Origin: an uncultured Candidatus Entotheonella sp.
GTDB lineage: Bacteria; Tectomicrobia; Entotheonellia; Entotheonellales; Entotheonellaceae
Assembly: GCA_965215335.1 (NCBI GenBank)
Contig: CBDCDA010000002.1
Coordinates: 32,001-96,000, forward strand
Reading direction: 5' to 3'
Length of the DNA stretch: 64,000 nt
Made by a program: the position numbers and the translations under genes. A model generated the notes under the pieces. The model was not told the DNA's origin. It was given only the letters and a program-made list of their open reading frames with translations, and made no database searches. Positions within the stretch are counted from its first letter, which is position 1, and every line of letters begins with the position of its first letter. Shown here piece after piece: positions 20,313 to 30,205 of the stretch.

Positions 20313-20894
20313 ATGGCACCGATGCTGACAAAAAAAACGCTGTGCTTGTTCGAAGTTGATCTCACGTCCGGTGTGCTGCCGTCGTGTGAGGCGCGGCTTG
20401 CCGTCGCCTACAAGCGGCTGGACGCCGCGGTCTGGGCAGCGCAGACGAATAGCGATCACGTTACCGACCGGTACTTGTTTCAAGCCCGATTCGACCGTGG
20501 CGAACTCGTCTGGACCGCCCATGACGACGCCGACAAAATTGTTTCGTATTGCTGGGTTACCCGGAAATCGGTCGAGATCGGTGAGATTGGCTGCGTCATC
20601 AGCCCGCGCGCCGACGAAATCTACCTGTACGACGCCTTTACGTTCGCGGAACATCGCGGGCAGAATCTGTATCCGGCTGTTTTGCAAAGGGTTCTGGAAC
20701 ACAGCCGGGATGCCGGACTGCGGCGCGCCTTGATCTTCGTGATGAGTGACAACGTGGCCTCGATTCGTGGCGTTCGCAAGGCGGGCTTTGGTGAGTTTCA
20801 GCGCGTCACGTACTACAATATTATCGGGTTTGTCCGTTATTCGTGCCGGCCGCCTCTCAGCCACGCCGCGGGGGTCGACCTGCTCCCTGCTTGA
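20313..20894 (+). CDS. GNAT family N-acetyltransferase
   Basis: YLYDAFTFAEHRGQNLYP (acetyl-CoA binding motif), NVASIRGVRKAGF. Confidence 0.85.
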   Translation: MAPMLTKKTLCLFEVDLTSGVLPSCEARLAVAYKRLDAAVWAAQTNSDHVTDRYLFQARFDRGELVWTAHDDADKIVSYCWVTRKSVEIGEIGCVISPRADEIYLYDAFTFAEHRGQNLYPAVLQRVLEHSRDAGLRRALIFVMSDNVASIRGVRKAGFGEFQRVTYYNIIGFVRYSCRPPLSHAAGVDLLPA

Positions 20895-20965
20895 CCGATG
20901 CGCAGAGATCTTGCAGTCGGCGAGGCCGCGCGGCGGACCGCCTTCCTCCTGGTAAGGACTCCTTC

Positions 20966-22003
20966 ATGTACGTTGATGTGTTGACGGCCGAGACGGCCTT
21001 CCAGACGCTGCGGCCTGAGTGGCTGCGGCTGCTCGGCGAGATGCCTTTTCAGAGCGTGTTTTTCACGCCGCATTGGCAGGAAACGTGGTGGCGCCATTTC
21101 GGGGCCGGTCGACAGTTGTCGATCCTCACGGTGCGGTCCAACGAGGGCCGCTTACAGGGCTTGGCGCCTCTGATGCGCAGCAATGACGACGCCGATACTG
21201 CCCGTTTGGAATTCATCGGCGACCTCGAACTGTGCGATTATTTTGACCTGCTCATCGCCCCGCGCCCGCAGAACGACGCGGCGCGGGCGATGGCCGATTA
21301 CCTCGTGTCACAAGCCGGTGAAGAGGTGGAAATCTGCCTGAACAATCTGTCGGTCAGTTCGGTGACAGCAGCCCTGCTACAGGACGGCTTGACCAAGCAG
21401 GGGCTGCTTGTGGAAACCGAAACGATCGAAACCTGCCCCACCATCGCTTTGCCCGCAGATTGGGACGCCTACCTGGCCACCCTGCGCGGCAAGGACCGGC
21501 ACGAGCTGCGCCGCAAGATTCGCCGCGCCGAGAACGCCGCCGAGCTTGCCTACACCGTTACCGACACGCTGGAGCAGCTCGACAAGGACCTGGACACCTT
21601 CATTACGCTGCACCGCATGAGCCAGCAAGACGACAAACAGGGCTTCATGACCCCGTCGAAGGTGGCGTTTTTCAGAGACATGGCGCGTCAGCTGTGGCAG
21701 GAAGGGTGGCTGGAGCTGGCCTTCCTGCACGCCGACGACCGGCCGGTTGCGGGTCTGTGCTGTATGACCTACGGCACCACCTATGCGGCGTATAATTCGG
21801 GTTACCATCCGGGCTATGGTGCCCTGAGCGCGGGGATCGTGCTGTTTGCCAACCGAATCCGCAGCGCCATAGACCGCGGCTTCGTCGCTTTCGACTTTCT
21901 GCGCGGCAATGAAGCCTACAAGTATCGCTTCGGCGCCAGCGATCGTCCGTTGTCGCGGTTCGTGGTGCGGAGCGTTTGTCCGGTGCAGGAGTCGTGTGTA
22001 TGA
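20966..22003 (+). CDS. GNAT-fold protein, CelD/BcsL (Acetyltransf_6)-like
   Basis: FFTPHWQETWWRHF, GLAPL, WDAYLATLRGKDRHELRRKIRR, YNSGY, FDFLRGNEAYKYRF. Confidence 0.85.
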   Translation: MYVDVLTAETAFQTLRPEWLRLLGEMPFQSVFFTPHWQETWWRHFGAGRQLSILTVRSNEGRLQGLAPLMRSNDDADTARLEFIGDLELCDYFDLLIAPRPQNDAARAMADYLVSQAGEEVEICLNNLSVSSVTAALLQDGLTKQGLLVETETIETCPTIALPADWDAYLATLRGKDRHELRRKIRRAENAAELAYTVTDTLEQLDKDLDTFITLHRMSQQDDKQGFMTPSKVAFFRDMARQLWQEGWLELAFLHADDRPVAGLCCMTYGTTYAAYNSGYHPGYGALSAGIVLFANRIRSAIDRGFVAFDFLRGNEAYKYRFGASDRPLSRFVVRSVCPVQESCV

Positions 22004-23313
22004 GGTCCGTCACAATACCCGTGTTACCCCCGCAGCGGGTGGCCATGATCAGCGTGCACAGCTGTCCGCTGGCCACTCTGGGCGGGCGCGAAACCGGCGG
22101 CATGAATGTCTACGTACGCGAACTGAGCCGCCACCTGAGTGAACAAGGCATTGACGTTGACGTTTACACGCGCCGTCAGGACCCTTGTCATCCAACCGTG
22201 GTTGGCTTCGCGGACCGGGCGCGCGTCATCCACTTGTCCGCCGGCCCGGCGGCGCCGTACAGCAAGCATCGCGTCTGGGACCACCTGCCCGAATTTGTTG
22301 ACGGGGTTCAGGACTTCATCAACGAGCATGCCCTGCGGTACGACATCATCCACAGCCACTATTGGTTGTCCGGCTGGGCAGCCATGCAGCTTCGCCCGAC
22401 GCTCGATCTGCCCATCGTGCACATGTCTCATACCCTGGGTTACCCGAAGAACGCTGCGGCCAAGCTTCCCTGGGAACAGGAACCGAACCGGCGGCTGTGG
22501 GTCGAGCGCAAGGTGCTTCAGGGCAGCGACGCCTTGGTCGCGGAGAGCCCCGCCAGCAAGCAGCACACGGTGTGGCACTACGACATCGACCCGGCCAACG
22601 TGGCGGTGATTCCCTGCGGTGTTGACATGGCACGTTTCCGCCCCCAGGACAAAGGGCGAGCCAGGGCTGGGTTGTCGTTGCCGCCCACAGCGCCGGTCCT
22701 GCTCTTTGTCGGGCGCTTACAGCCTTCAAAGGGCATCGACACCTTGCTGCAGGCCGCCGCCGACATCCGCCGCGACTACCCAGACATGCGCGTTCTGGTC
22801 GTCGGCGGCGGGCTCGATCATCAGGACGCGTACGAAACAGCGGAGCTCGACCGCCTGCAAACGTTGGGAGACAAATTGGGGCTGAGCAACGTGCACTACA
22901 TCAAGGCGCAGCCCCAGGAGAAATTGGCTCAGTATTACGCTGCCGCCGACGTTTTCGTCATGCCGTCGCACTACGAATCCTTCGGCATGGTGGTGTTGGA
23001 AGCGATGGCTTGCGGCACACCGGTGGTGGCGTCGGAAGTCGGCGGCCTGTCCTCCACGATCATTCACGGCGATTCCGGCTTGCTGGTCTCCTCGGGCGAC
23101 TGGCGGGCCTTTGCTCAGGCCATTTCCCGCCTCCTGGCCTCACCGCAACTGCAAAACACCATGCGCCGAGCCGGGCCGGAGCGGGCGCGAGCCTTCGCAT
23201 GGCCTCATATTGTCGAAAACAACGTAAGGCTTTATCGTCGCCTCATCCTTCGGCAAAGCACCATGCCTCCCGCCCTCGCCGCCGGCGTCCCATGTCCCAC
23301 TACCCCCACCTGA
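22000..23313 (+). CDS. GT4 glycosyltransferase, MshA-like
   Basis: AMISVHSCPLATLGGRETGGMNVYV, HSHYWLSG, FVGRLQPSKG, PSHYESFGMVVLEAMACGTPV; ATGA overlap with the upstream GNAT. Confidence 0.88.
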   Translation: MRSVTIPVLPPQRVAMISVHSCPLATLGGRETGGMNVYVRELSRHLSEQGIDVDVYTRRQDPCHPTVVGFADRARVIHLSAGPAAPYSKHRVWDHLPEFVDGVQDFINEHALRYDIIHSHYWLSGWAAMQLRPTLDLPIVHMSHTLGYPKNAAAKLPWEQEPNRRLWVERKVLQGSDALVAESPASKQHTVWHYDIDPANVAVIPCGVDMARFRPQDKGRARAGLSLPPTAPVLLFVGRLQPSKGIDTLLQAAADIRRDYPDMRVLVVGGGLDHQDAYETAELDRLQTLGDKLGLSNVHYIKAQPQEKLAQYYAAADVFVMPSHYESFGMVVLEAMACGTPVVASEVGGLSSTIIHGDSGLLVSSGDWRAFAQAISRLLASPQLQNTMRRAGPERARAFAWPHIVENNVRLYRRLILRQSTMPPALAAGVPCPTTPT

Positions 23314-23322
23314 GTCTGAGTC

Positions 23323-23721
23323 GTGCGCCCGACCGAAAACCACAGGAACCGCAGAATCATCCTCCGTTGGCTCCTGGCCGCCCTCTACGCCGCCGGCATT
23401 TTCGTCGCCTCCAGCATCCCAGGGGATGACTTGCCGCAGCTCAAGACTGGCGACAAACTATTGCACGCACTCGTATTCGGCGGCTTGGCCGTATTGATCT
23501 GCCGGGGCCTGAGGCTGCAGAAACCGGAGTGGTCGCAGCGAGCGGTGGTCACCCTTGGCGTGCTGGCGACGGTTGCCTACGGCTGCTTTGACGAAAGCCG
23601 CCAATCGTTCGTGAGCGAGCGGCTATCGGAGCTATCGGACGTGGTGGCCGACGGGGCAGGGGCTCTGCTGGCCGGCTGGGGATGGAACAAGGCGGCAACG
23701 CTCTGGCATTGGCTGAGGTAG
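23323..23721 (+). CDS. VanZ-family membrane protein
   Basis: GIFVASSIPG, DKLLHALVFGGL, YGCFDESRQSFV.ER, DVVADGAG. Confidence 0.85.
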   Translation: MRPTENHRNRRIILRWLLAALYAAGIFVASSIPGDDLPQLKTGDKLLHALVFGGLAVLICRGLRLQKPEWSQRAVVTLGVLATVAYGCFDESRQSFVSERLSELSDVVADGAGALLAGWGWNKAATLWHWLR

Positions 23722-23730
23722 GGAACGACA

Positions 23731-23814
23731 TGCCGAGGGCCGGACTCGAACCGGCACGGACGCAGGGTCCAACGGATTTTAAGTCCGTTGTGTCTACCAT
23801 TCCACCACCCCGGC
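23731..23814 (-). tRNA. tRNA-Leu(TAA)
   Basis: GCCGGGGTGGTGGAATGGTAGACAC...CTTAAAA loop, long variable arm, GGTTCGAGTCC; no encoded CCA. Confidence 0.95.
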
Positions 23815-23870
23815 GACGAAACGCGCGGACGATGATTCGTGTTCGAAGGGAAAGCTGCCGGAGGCGTGAG

Positions 23871-23941
<71 letters not shown>

Positions 23942-23977
23942 GATGTAGGGAGGAAGTGTCCGCAGCCTGAGGGCGAA

Positions 23978-24050
23978 AGCGGGTGACCGGGCTCGAACCG
24001 GCGACCCCAACCTTGGCAAGGTTGTGCTCTACCAACTGAGCTACACCCGC
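23978..24050 (-). tRNA. tRNA-Gly(GCC)
   Basis: GCGGGTGTAGCTCAGTTGGTAGAGC..TTGCCAA loop..GGTTCGAGCCC; no encoded CCA. Confidence 0.95.
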
Positions 24051-24073
24051 GTTGCCCCCCCGCAGGACAGGAA

Positions 24074-24102
24074 AGTATATAGCAGATTGCTTTTTTTGTC
24101 AA
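24074..24102 (-). promoter_or_regulatory. Near-consensus sigma70 promoter of the tRNA operon
   Basis: Minus strand TTGACA-N17-TATACT, about 23 nt before tRNA-Gly. Confidence 0.85.
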
Positions 24103-24127
24103 AGCCAAAATATCCCCATGCCGAAGG

Positions 24128-24712
24128 TCACCACAGCCGGGATTCGGCCCCCTGCATGAGTCGTTGCAAGTTGCCGCGGTGTGCGCCCAGGATAAGCAGC
24201 GCAGTGGCGATTGCCGCCATCACAAACGGCGCTGGATCACCCCGCAGGAATGCCAGCAACGGCACGACCAGCGCAGCAAGCATGGATGCCACCGACACGT
24301 AACGCAACGACAGCGTAACGGCCATCCAGACGACAACCGCGCCCAGGGTTGGCCACGGCAGGAGCGGTATCATAACGCCCAGCGACGTCGCCACGCCTTT
24401 ACCGCCCTGAAACCGGTAATACAACGGAAACATGTGGCCAATGACGGCGCTCAAGGCGGCCAAGGCCGTGACGGTCAAGGAAGTCCCCCACCCCTGCGCC
24501 AGCAGGACCGCCAGGCCACCCTTGGCGCTATCGCCCAGCAGGGTGAGCAGTGCCGGCGTTCGCCCCACTGCGCGCGCGACGTTGGTCGCGCCGATATTGC
24601 CGCTGCCGCTCTCCCGCAAGTTGGCCTGCCCATACCATCTCGACACGGACAGGCCAAACGAGAACGAACCGAGCAAATAGGCCACCACCACGACTGCCAC
24701 GTCTGCGACCAT
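24128..24712 (-). CDS. plsY: Glycerol-3-phosphate acyltransferase PlsY
   Basis: YLLGS, GSGNIGATNVAR, D..KG, GHMFPLYYRFQGGKGVAT, HRGNLQRL. Confidence 0.95.
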   Translation of the reverse strand: MVADVAVVVVAYLLGSFSFGLSVSRWYGQANLRESGSGNIGATNVARAVGRTPALLTLLGDSAKGGLAVLLAQGWGTSLTVTALAALSAVIGHMFPLYYRFQGGKGVATSLGVMIPLLPWPTLGAVVVWMAVTLSLRYVSVASMLAALVVPLLAFLRGDPAPFVMAAIATALLILGAHRGNLQRLMQGAESRLW

Positions 24713-24725
24713 GACCGAAAGCTTT

Positions 24726-25295
24726 CTAGAGGATCTGCGCCAGATACTTGCGCAGGTAGTCAATGCCCGAAACGACGCCCAATAGCAGACCCACGCCCAG
24801 GGCGACCATTCCGGGCCAATACAGCTCAGGGAGGTTCAGGATAAGCAGGAAAACGCCGATGATGAGGAACAGCATTTTGTACTTGCCGTACGCCTCGGCG
24901 GCAATGATGAAGTGCTGGTCCGCGGCCATGGCACGCAGGCCAGTAACCGCCAGCTCACGGCAAAGAATGATGACCACAACCCACGCCGGAACCTGCTGCC
25001 GACCCACCAGTGATACCAGCGCAGCGGTAACCAGAAGCTTGTCGGCAATCGGATCCAGCAGTTGCCCCAGACGCGTTATCTGATTCGTGCTGCGCGCCAA
25101 GTAGCCATCGAGCCAGTCCGTGAACGCGGCGATGAGAAAGATGGTCGCCGCAATGACGGGCGACCAGCCACGCGGCGAGATCAGAAACACCAGCAGAATC
25201 GGCACCAGGAAGATGCGCATCAGGGTGATCCGATTGGGCCAGTTGAGCCCGTGCCGCGCTTGCGGCAGCGATGTATCGGATTGTTGTAATGCCAT
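24726..25295 (-). CDS. pgsA: Phosphatidylglycerophosphate synthase
   Basis: NWPNRITLMRI, TDWLDGYLAR..ITRLGQLLDPIADK, RE..VTGLR. Confidence 0.93.
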   Translation of the reverse strand: MALQQSDTSLPQARHGLNWPNRITLMRIFLVPILLVFLISPRGWSPVIAATIFLIAAFTDWLDGYLARSTNQITRLGQLLDPIADKLLVTAALVSLVGRQQVPAWVVVIILCRELAVTGLRAMAADQHFIIAAEAYGKYKMLFLIIGVFLLILNLPELYWPGMVALGVGLLLGVVSGIDYLRKYLAQIL

Positions 25296-25325
25296 GCTCC
25301 AAAACCTCGACCCGCAGGCGTTATG

Positions 25326-26108
25326 TCACGGCACGGCGGCCTCCGCATCGCGCGATATGCCGGTGTCGGGCAGGTTGCGCAACCGCGCCGCAACGCGTGA
25401 TACATAGGCGCTGGTAGGAAAACGAACCGCGAGGGTACGAAAGACACGCGCCGCTTTGACGTAATTCTCTTCTTGGCGGTAGCTGTCGGCCAGCATGTAA
25501 AAGGCAACGTCCATGCCGGACATGTCGGGATAAACCTGAATCAGGTTGAGCAGGCGCCGGATGGCTGCCTGATAGGCTTCCTTGCGATAGTAGAATCGCG
25601 CCACGTCGAACTCGTGCTCAGCCAGGCGCTGGCGCAGGAAGAGGATGCGCGCCTCCGCTTCCTGCAGCAACGTGTCTTGGGGATATTTCTGCCTGAAGAG
25701 TCGGAATGCCCGTAAAGCGTCCAATGTCACCTTTTGGTCGCGGTCGGATGGATTCACCTCCTGCGCGTGGCACATGCCAATCTGGAATTGCGCCTGCGCG
25801 GCGAGCGGATGCTGAGGGTAGAGCTCGAGAAATTTTTCGTACTCGAAGCGCGCTTCGAGATAGCTCTTCTCGCTGTACAGCGATTCGGCGATCTTGAATT
25901 GCACCTCCGCTTTGTACCTGTTCTCGGGGTGTTCTTCCAGTAGTTGCTGGTAAAATCCGCGTGCCTTATCACCCCGCTGGCGGCCGAGTTGCGCATCTCC
26001 CGAACGCAGGATTTCCGCCGCCGTCAGCGTCTTCTTTTTCGAGGCGCAGCCGATCAGCGCGAACACACACAGAATCCCCGCTGTGGCAATCGTCAGCAGT
26101 CTGCTCAC
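25326..26108 (-). CDS. bamD: Outer membrane assembly lipoprotein BamD
   Basis: Lipobox LIGC, TPR helices, FLELYPQHP, DRDQ, LAEHEFDVARFY. Confidence 0.9.
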   Translation of the reverse strand: MSRLLTIATAGILCVFALIGCASKKKTLTAAEILRSGDAQLGRQRGDKARGFYQQLLEEHPENRYKAEVQFKIAESLYSEKSYLEARFEYEKFLELYPQHPLAAQAQFQIGMCHAQEVNPSDRDQKVTLDALRAFRLFRQKYPQDTLLQEAEARILFLRQRLAEHEFDVARFYYRKEAYQAAIRRLLNLIQVYPDMSGMDVAFYMLADSYRQEENYVKAARVFRTLAVRFPTSAYVSRVAARLRNLPDTGISRDAEAAVP

Positions 26109-26217
26109 GTCAGATTCCTTCCAATTCTGTTCAGGATTGGAAAACGGGCGTCCACCGCCGCTATTGGGGGAAAGCGGAGTCGCATTGTACTGCCCTGCCC
26201 CATACTGGGCAAGCCTC

Positions 26218-26247
26218 TTGACGATCCAACGAATGCCGTGCTATGTT
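26218..26247 (+). promoter_or_regulatory. Putative sigma70 promoter upstream of tsaB
   Basis: TTGACG-N18-TATGTT with a TGn extended -10. Confidence 0.5.
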
Positions 26248-26318
26248 GGCGCCTCTTCAGGTTGCGATATCCCTACGCTTTACTACGTTTTACGCCCGAA
26301 ACAGACGATGGACCGTCC

Positions 26319-27047
26319 ATGATGATCCTCGGCATCGACACAGCAAGTCCCTCCTGTAGTGCAGCCCTTGTCGAAGCAGGTCAAGTCATCGCATGCGCTC
26401 ACTTGCCGAGGCAATCCGCCGCCTCGTCGCACCTGGTGCGTCTTATCGATGATTTATGCGCGCAGGTTGGCTGCCCTGCCGTCGCCGTCGCCGGCGTGGC
26501 GGTGAATCTGGGGCCCGGGGCCTTTACCGGCTTGCGGGTGGGGCTGGCAACGGCACAGGGTCTGGTCGCAGCATACCGGCAGCCCTTGGTGGGCTGCAGC
26601 ACCTTCGAGGCGCTGGTGGACGCCGCGGCGGATTGGAACGGCCTGATTTGTCCAGTCATCGAGGCGCGCCGAGGGGAGGTATACGCCGCCTTTTACCGTC
26701 GACAAGGTCGGCAAGTAGACGAAACCGTACCCGGGATGGCCGTCACGCCGGATGCGCTGTGCGCCCTTGTTCAGGAACGCACCTTGTTTCTCGGCAGCGG
26801 GGTGCAAAGCTACGGTGAGTTATTGGCATCAAGATTGGGCGGCCAGGCGGTATGCAAGGACCTGGATGGCGACTTTGCGCTGGCAGCCAACGTGGCCCGT
26901 CTGGGTTGCGATCGCTTGGCGACAGCCAGCCCCGACGACGGCTACCGGCTCACGCCCATTTACATCAGACCCGCCGACGCCCGCCATCCACGACACAAGG
27001 CGTCGCCCGCGGCAGGCTGGCAAGGGAAAGGAGCAGCCCATGCTTGA
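26319..27047 (+). CDS. tsaB: tRNA t6A biosynthesis protein TsaB
   Basis: MMILGIDTA, GPGAFTGLRVG, EARRGEVY, PIYIRP. Confidence 0.93.
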   Translation: MMILGIDTASPSCSAALVEAGQVIACAHLPRQSAASSHLVRLIDDLCAQVGCPAVAVAGVAVNLGPGAFTGLRVGLATAQGLVAAYRQPLVGCSTFEALVDAAADWNGLICPVIEARRGEVYAAFYRRQGRQVDETVPGMAVTPDALCALVQERTLFLGSGVQSYGELLASRLGGQAVCKDLDGDFALAANVARLGCDRLATASPDDGYRLTPIYIRPADARHPRHKASPAAGWQGKGAAHA

Positions 27048-27261
27048 AGGCATTGACGATGCCATGATTGCGCGCATACGGGAGGAAGACATCGAGTTTC
27101 GGCGCTTGCTCGACGAACATCAGCAATATGAAAGCCAGCTTGAGGCCTATACCAACCTGCCGTATCTCAGCAATGAACAGGAAATGGAACGCAAACGGCT
27201 GCAAAAACTTAAGCTCCAGGGCAAGGACCGCATGCTGGTCATCTTGCAGCAATATCGGTAA
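27040..27261 (+). CDS. DUF465/YdcH-like small coiled-coil protein
   Basis: EFRRLLDEHQQYE...LQKLKLQGKDRM; overlaps the tsaB stop. Confidence 0.8.
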   Translation: MLEGIDDAMIARIREEDIEFRRLLDEHQQYESQLEAYTNLPYLSNEQEMERKRLQKLKLQGKDRMLVILQQYR

Positions 27262-27323
27262 TTCCGAGCACCTCATTGACGCGGTGTTTCTATTCGCACG
27301 CGCTGTAGGGAAGGGTGCAAGCC

Positions 27324-29009
27324 ATGCAAGGCGCTGAAATTTTCATCGAAAGTCTGCTGGCAGAGGGCGTTGATACCATCTTTGGGCACCCGGGCGGCGC
27401 CATTTTGCCGATCAACGATGCCCTGTACAGCGGCCGCATCCGACATATTCTGACCCGCCACGAGCAGGGGGCGGTGCACATGGCGGAGGGATACGCACGC
27501 GCCACCGGACGGCCCGGCGTGGTGCTGGTGACCTCGGGACCCGGCGGCACGAACGTCGTCACCGGGATCACCGACGCGTTTATGGACTCCACGCCCATCG
27601 TCGTATTTACCGGTCAGGTGCCCACCGGCGTCATCGGCAACGATGCCTTCCAGGAGGCGGACATCGTCGGCATGACCCGCTCGTGCACCAAGCACAACTA
27701 TTTGGTCAGGGACGTCAAGGACCTGGCCCGCGCCATCAAGGAAGCCTTCTACATTGCCTCCACCGGACGCCCCGGCCCGGTGCTGGTCGACATCCCCAAG
27801 GACGTGGCCAACGGCTCGGCGGACTTCATGTATCCTGACAGCGTGGACATTCGCGGCTACAAGCCGACAACCCTTGGTCACGCCGGGCAAATCCGGCGCG
27901 CCGCCGAAATGCTGGCTGCCGCCGAACGGCCGGTCATCTACGCGGGTGGCGGCGTCATTCACTCCGGGGCGGCGGCTGAGTTGCACGAGCTCGGCGAACT
28001 CACCGCGACACCGGTCACCAACACCCTGATGGGGCTGGGCGGCTTCCCCGGCCGTCACGACCTGTGGCTCGGCATGCTGGGCATGCACGGCACCTACACG
28101 GCGAACATGGCCATGGATCAGGCCGATCTGGTCATCGCCATCGGCGCCCGATTCGACGATCGCGTTACCGGCAACCTCGAAGAATTCTGCGTCGGCGCGG
28201 CGTTCATCCATATCGACATTGATCCGTCGTCCATCGGCAAGAATATCCCCGTCGCCCTGCCGATCGTCGGCGACGTGAAGATGTGCTTGCAGCGCCTGCT
28301 CACGGAATTGCGGGCCATGGAGGGCAAGGACTGGTACGCGGCGCACGTGTCCTGGTTGGCGCAAATCGCCGCGTGGCAGCGGGATTTCCCGCTGTCATAC
28401 GTGCAGGAATCGGATGGCGAGCTCATGCCGCAATACGTCTGCCAACAGATTTACGAAGTCACCGAGGGCGATGCCATCATCACCACCGAGGTGGGGCAGC
28501 ACCAGATGTGGGCCGCCCAGTATTACCACTTCATGAAGCCCCGTCACTTCATCACCTCGGGTGGCCTCGGCACCATGGGCTACGGCTTTCCCGCGGCCAT
28601 CGGCGCCCAGCTCGCCTGCCCGGACCGCACCGTCATCGACATCGCCGGCGACGGCAGCTTCCAGATGAACGTGCAGGAGCTGGCCACCGCAGTGCAATAC
28701 GACCTGCCCGTGATCGTGGCAATCCTGAACAACCACAGCCTGGGCATGGTGCGCCAGTGGCAGCAGTTCTTCTTCGAGGGCCGCTATGCCGACACCAGTC
28801 TGGAAGTAAGCCCCGACTACGTGAAGCTCGCCGAGGCTTACGGAGCGGTCGGCCTGCGGGCCACCAAACCCGACGAGGTGCGCCCTGTGCTTGAGGAAGC
28901 CATCCGCCTGCGCCGGCCGGTAGTTCTCGATTTCGTGGTGAAAATGACGGAGAACGTTTTTCCCATGATCCCGACCGGCGGCTCCATCAAAGACATCCTG
29001 TTGGCGTAA
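27324..29009 (+). CDS. ilvB: Acetolactate synthase large subunit
   Basis: [47 protein letters not shown]. Confidence 0.97.
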   Translation: MQGAEIFIESLLAEGVDTIFGHPGGAILPINDALYSGRIRHILTRHEQGAVHMAEGYARATGRPGVVLVTSGPGGTNVVTGITDAFMDSTPIVVFTGQVPTGVIGNDAFQEADIVGMTRSCTKHNYLVRDVKDLARAIKEAFYIASTGRPGPVLVDIPKDVANGSADFMYPDSVDIRGYKPTTLGHAGQIRRAAEMLAAAERPVIYAGGGVIHSGAAAELHELGELTATPVTNTLMGLGGFPGRHDLWLGMLGMHGTYTANMAMDQADLVIAIGARFDDRVTGNLEEFCVGAAFIHIDIDPSSIGKNIPVALPIVGDVKMCLQRLLTELRAMEGKDWYAAHVSWLAQIAAWQRDFPLSYVQESDGELMPQYVCQQIYEVTEGDAIITTEVGQHQMWAAQYYHFMKPRHFITSGGLGTMGYGFPAAIGAQLACPDRTVIDIAGDGSFQMNVQELATAVQYDLPVIVAILNNHSLGMVRQWQQFFFEGRYADTSLEVSPDYVKLAEAYGAVGLRATKPDEVRPVLEEAIRLRRPVVLDFVVKMTENVFPMIPTGGSIKDILLA

Positions 29010-29020
29010 GGGCGGCATCA

Positions 29021-29533
29021 ATGCCAAGGCAGCAAAACGAGGGCGTGCAGCGACATACCTTTGCCGTCTTGGTGGAGAATCAGTTCGGTGTTCTGGGGCG
29101 TATCACCGGCCTGTTCAGCGCACGCGGATTCAATATCGAGAGCCTGAGCGTGGCGGAAACCGAGGACCCGTCGGTGTCCCGAATCACGCTGGTGACGGCC
29201 GGCGACGACATGATTCTGGAGCAAGTCAACAAGCAACTGAATCGCCTGATCGACGTCATCAAGGTGACCGACCTTAGCGCAGAGTCGCACGTTGATCGGG
29301 AAATGGTGCTCATCAAGGTCAATACGGAGGATTTCAGGCGCGCCGAGGTATTCCGAATCGCCGGAATTTTCCGGGCGAAAATTGTCGACGTAACGGCAAA
29401 AACCTATGTGCTGGAAGTGACTGGTGATGAGGGGAAAATCCGCGCCGTCATTGATCTGCTCAAACCGCTCGGCATCAAGGAAATGGTGCGCACGGGCAAG
29501 ATCGCCATTGGCCGCGGTCAGGGCGCGATGTAG
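29021..29533 (+). CDS. ilvN: Acetolactate synthase small subunit
   Basis: VENQFGVLGRITGLFSARGFNIESL ACT domain, REMVLIKV, EMVRTGKIA. Confidence 0.95.
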   Translation: MPRQQNEGVQRHTFAVLVENQFGVLGRITGLFSARGFNIESLSVAETEDPSVSRITLVTAGDDMILEQVNKQLNRLIDVIKVTDLSAESHVDREMVLIKVNTEDFRRAEVFRIAGIFRAKIVDVTAKTYVLEVTGDEGKIRAVIDLLKPLGIKEMVRTGKIAIGRGQGAM

Positions 29534-29572
29534 CGCCCGCCCGCAACCCGTGTGGCCGGAACGGATGATCGC

Positions 29573-30205
29573 ATGACGAATCGGCCTTTCCGACTGCCCC
29601 TGGCCTCGGAAGGCCTGCCGTTTGTCGTGCCCATGGCCGTGGCAACGGTGGTGAGCCTGCTGTTCGGCTGGGAACTGGCCGCCGGAATCGGCGTCGTGCT
29701 GACGGCGGCCGTGTCGTGCTTCTTCCGTGACCCGGAACGGGCCATTCCACAGACACCTGGTGCCGTCGTGTCGCCGGCCGACGGACGCGTGCATGAAATC
29801 GAAATGGAGGAAGGACGCCGCCGTATCAGCATCTTCCTGTCGGTCGCGGACGTGCACGTCAATCGGGTCCCTTATGACGGCAAGGTGACCGAGGTGGTCT
29901 ACAAGCCGGGCCGGTTTGTACCGGCTTACCGCTCCGAGGCGTCGCGCGAAAACGAGTCGAATCGCATTACTATCGACGGGCCGGACGCAGTCGTTGCCGT
30001 GAAGCAGATCGCTGGCATTTTGGCGCGGCGCATCGTCTGCCGAGCGCGTCCCGGTGACATGCTGGAGAGGGGCCAACGCTACGGTCTGATCCGCTTCGGC
30101 TCGCGCACCGACCTGTTCCTCCCGGCGGGTGCCGACCTTGCCGCCAAGGTTGGCGACAAGGTGCGCGGCGGCGAAACGATCCTCGCCTATCTGAAGGTAT
30201 CGTGA
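29573..30205 (+). CDS. psd: Phosphatidylserine decarboxylase proenzyme (short type)
   Basis: FFRDPER, SPADG, DVHVNR, QIAGILARRI, FGSRTD cleavage motif. Confidence 0.93.
   Translation: MTNRPFRLPLASEGLPFVVPMAVATVVSLLFGWELAAGIGVVLTAAVSCFFRDPERAIPQTPGAVVSPADGRVHEIEMEEGRRRISIFLSVADVHVNRVPYDGKVTEVVYKPGRFVPAYRSEASRENESNRITIDGPDAVVAVKQIAGILARRIVCRARPGDMLERGQRYGLIRFGSRTDLFLPAGADLAAKVGDKVRGGETILAYLKVS

Noticed and set aside
19916..23731. Genomic island integrated at tRNA-Leu
   Set aside because: No integrase and no duplicated tRNA 3' end found; the genes continue the housekeeping run.
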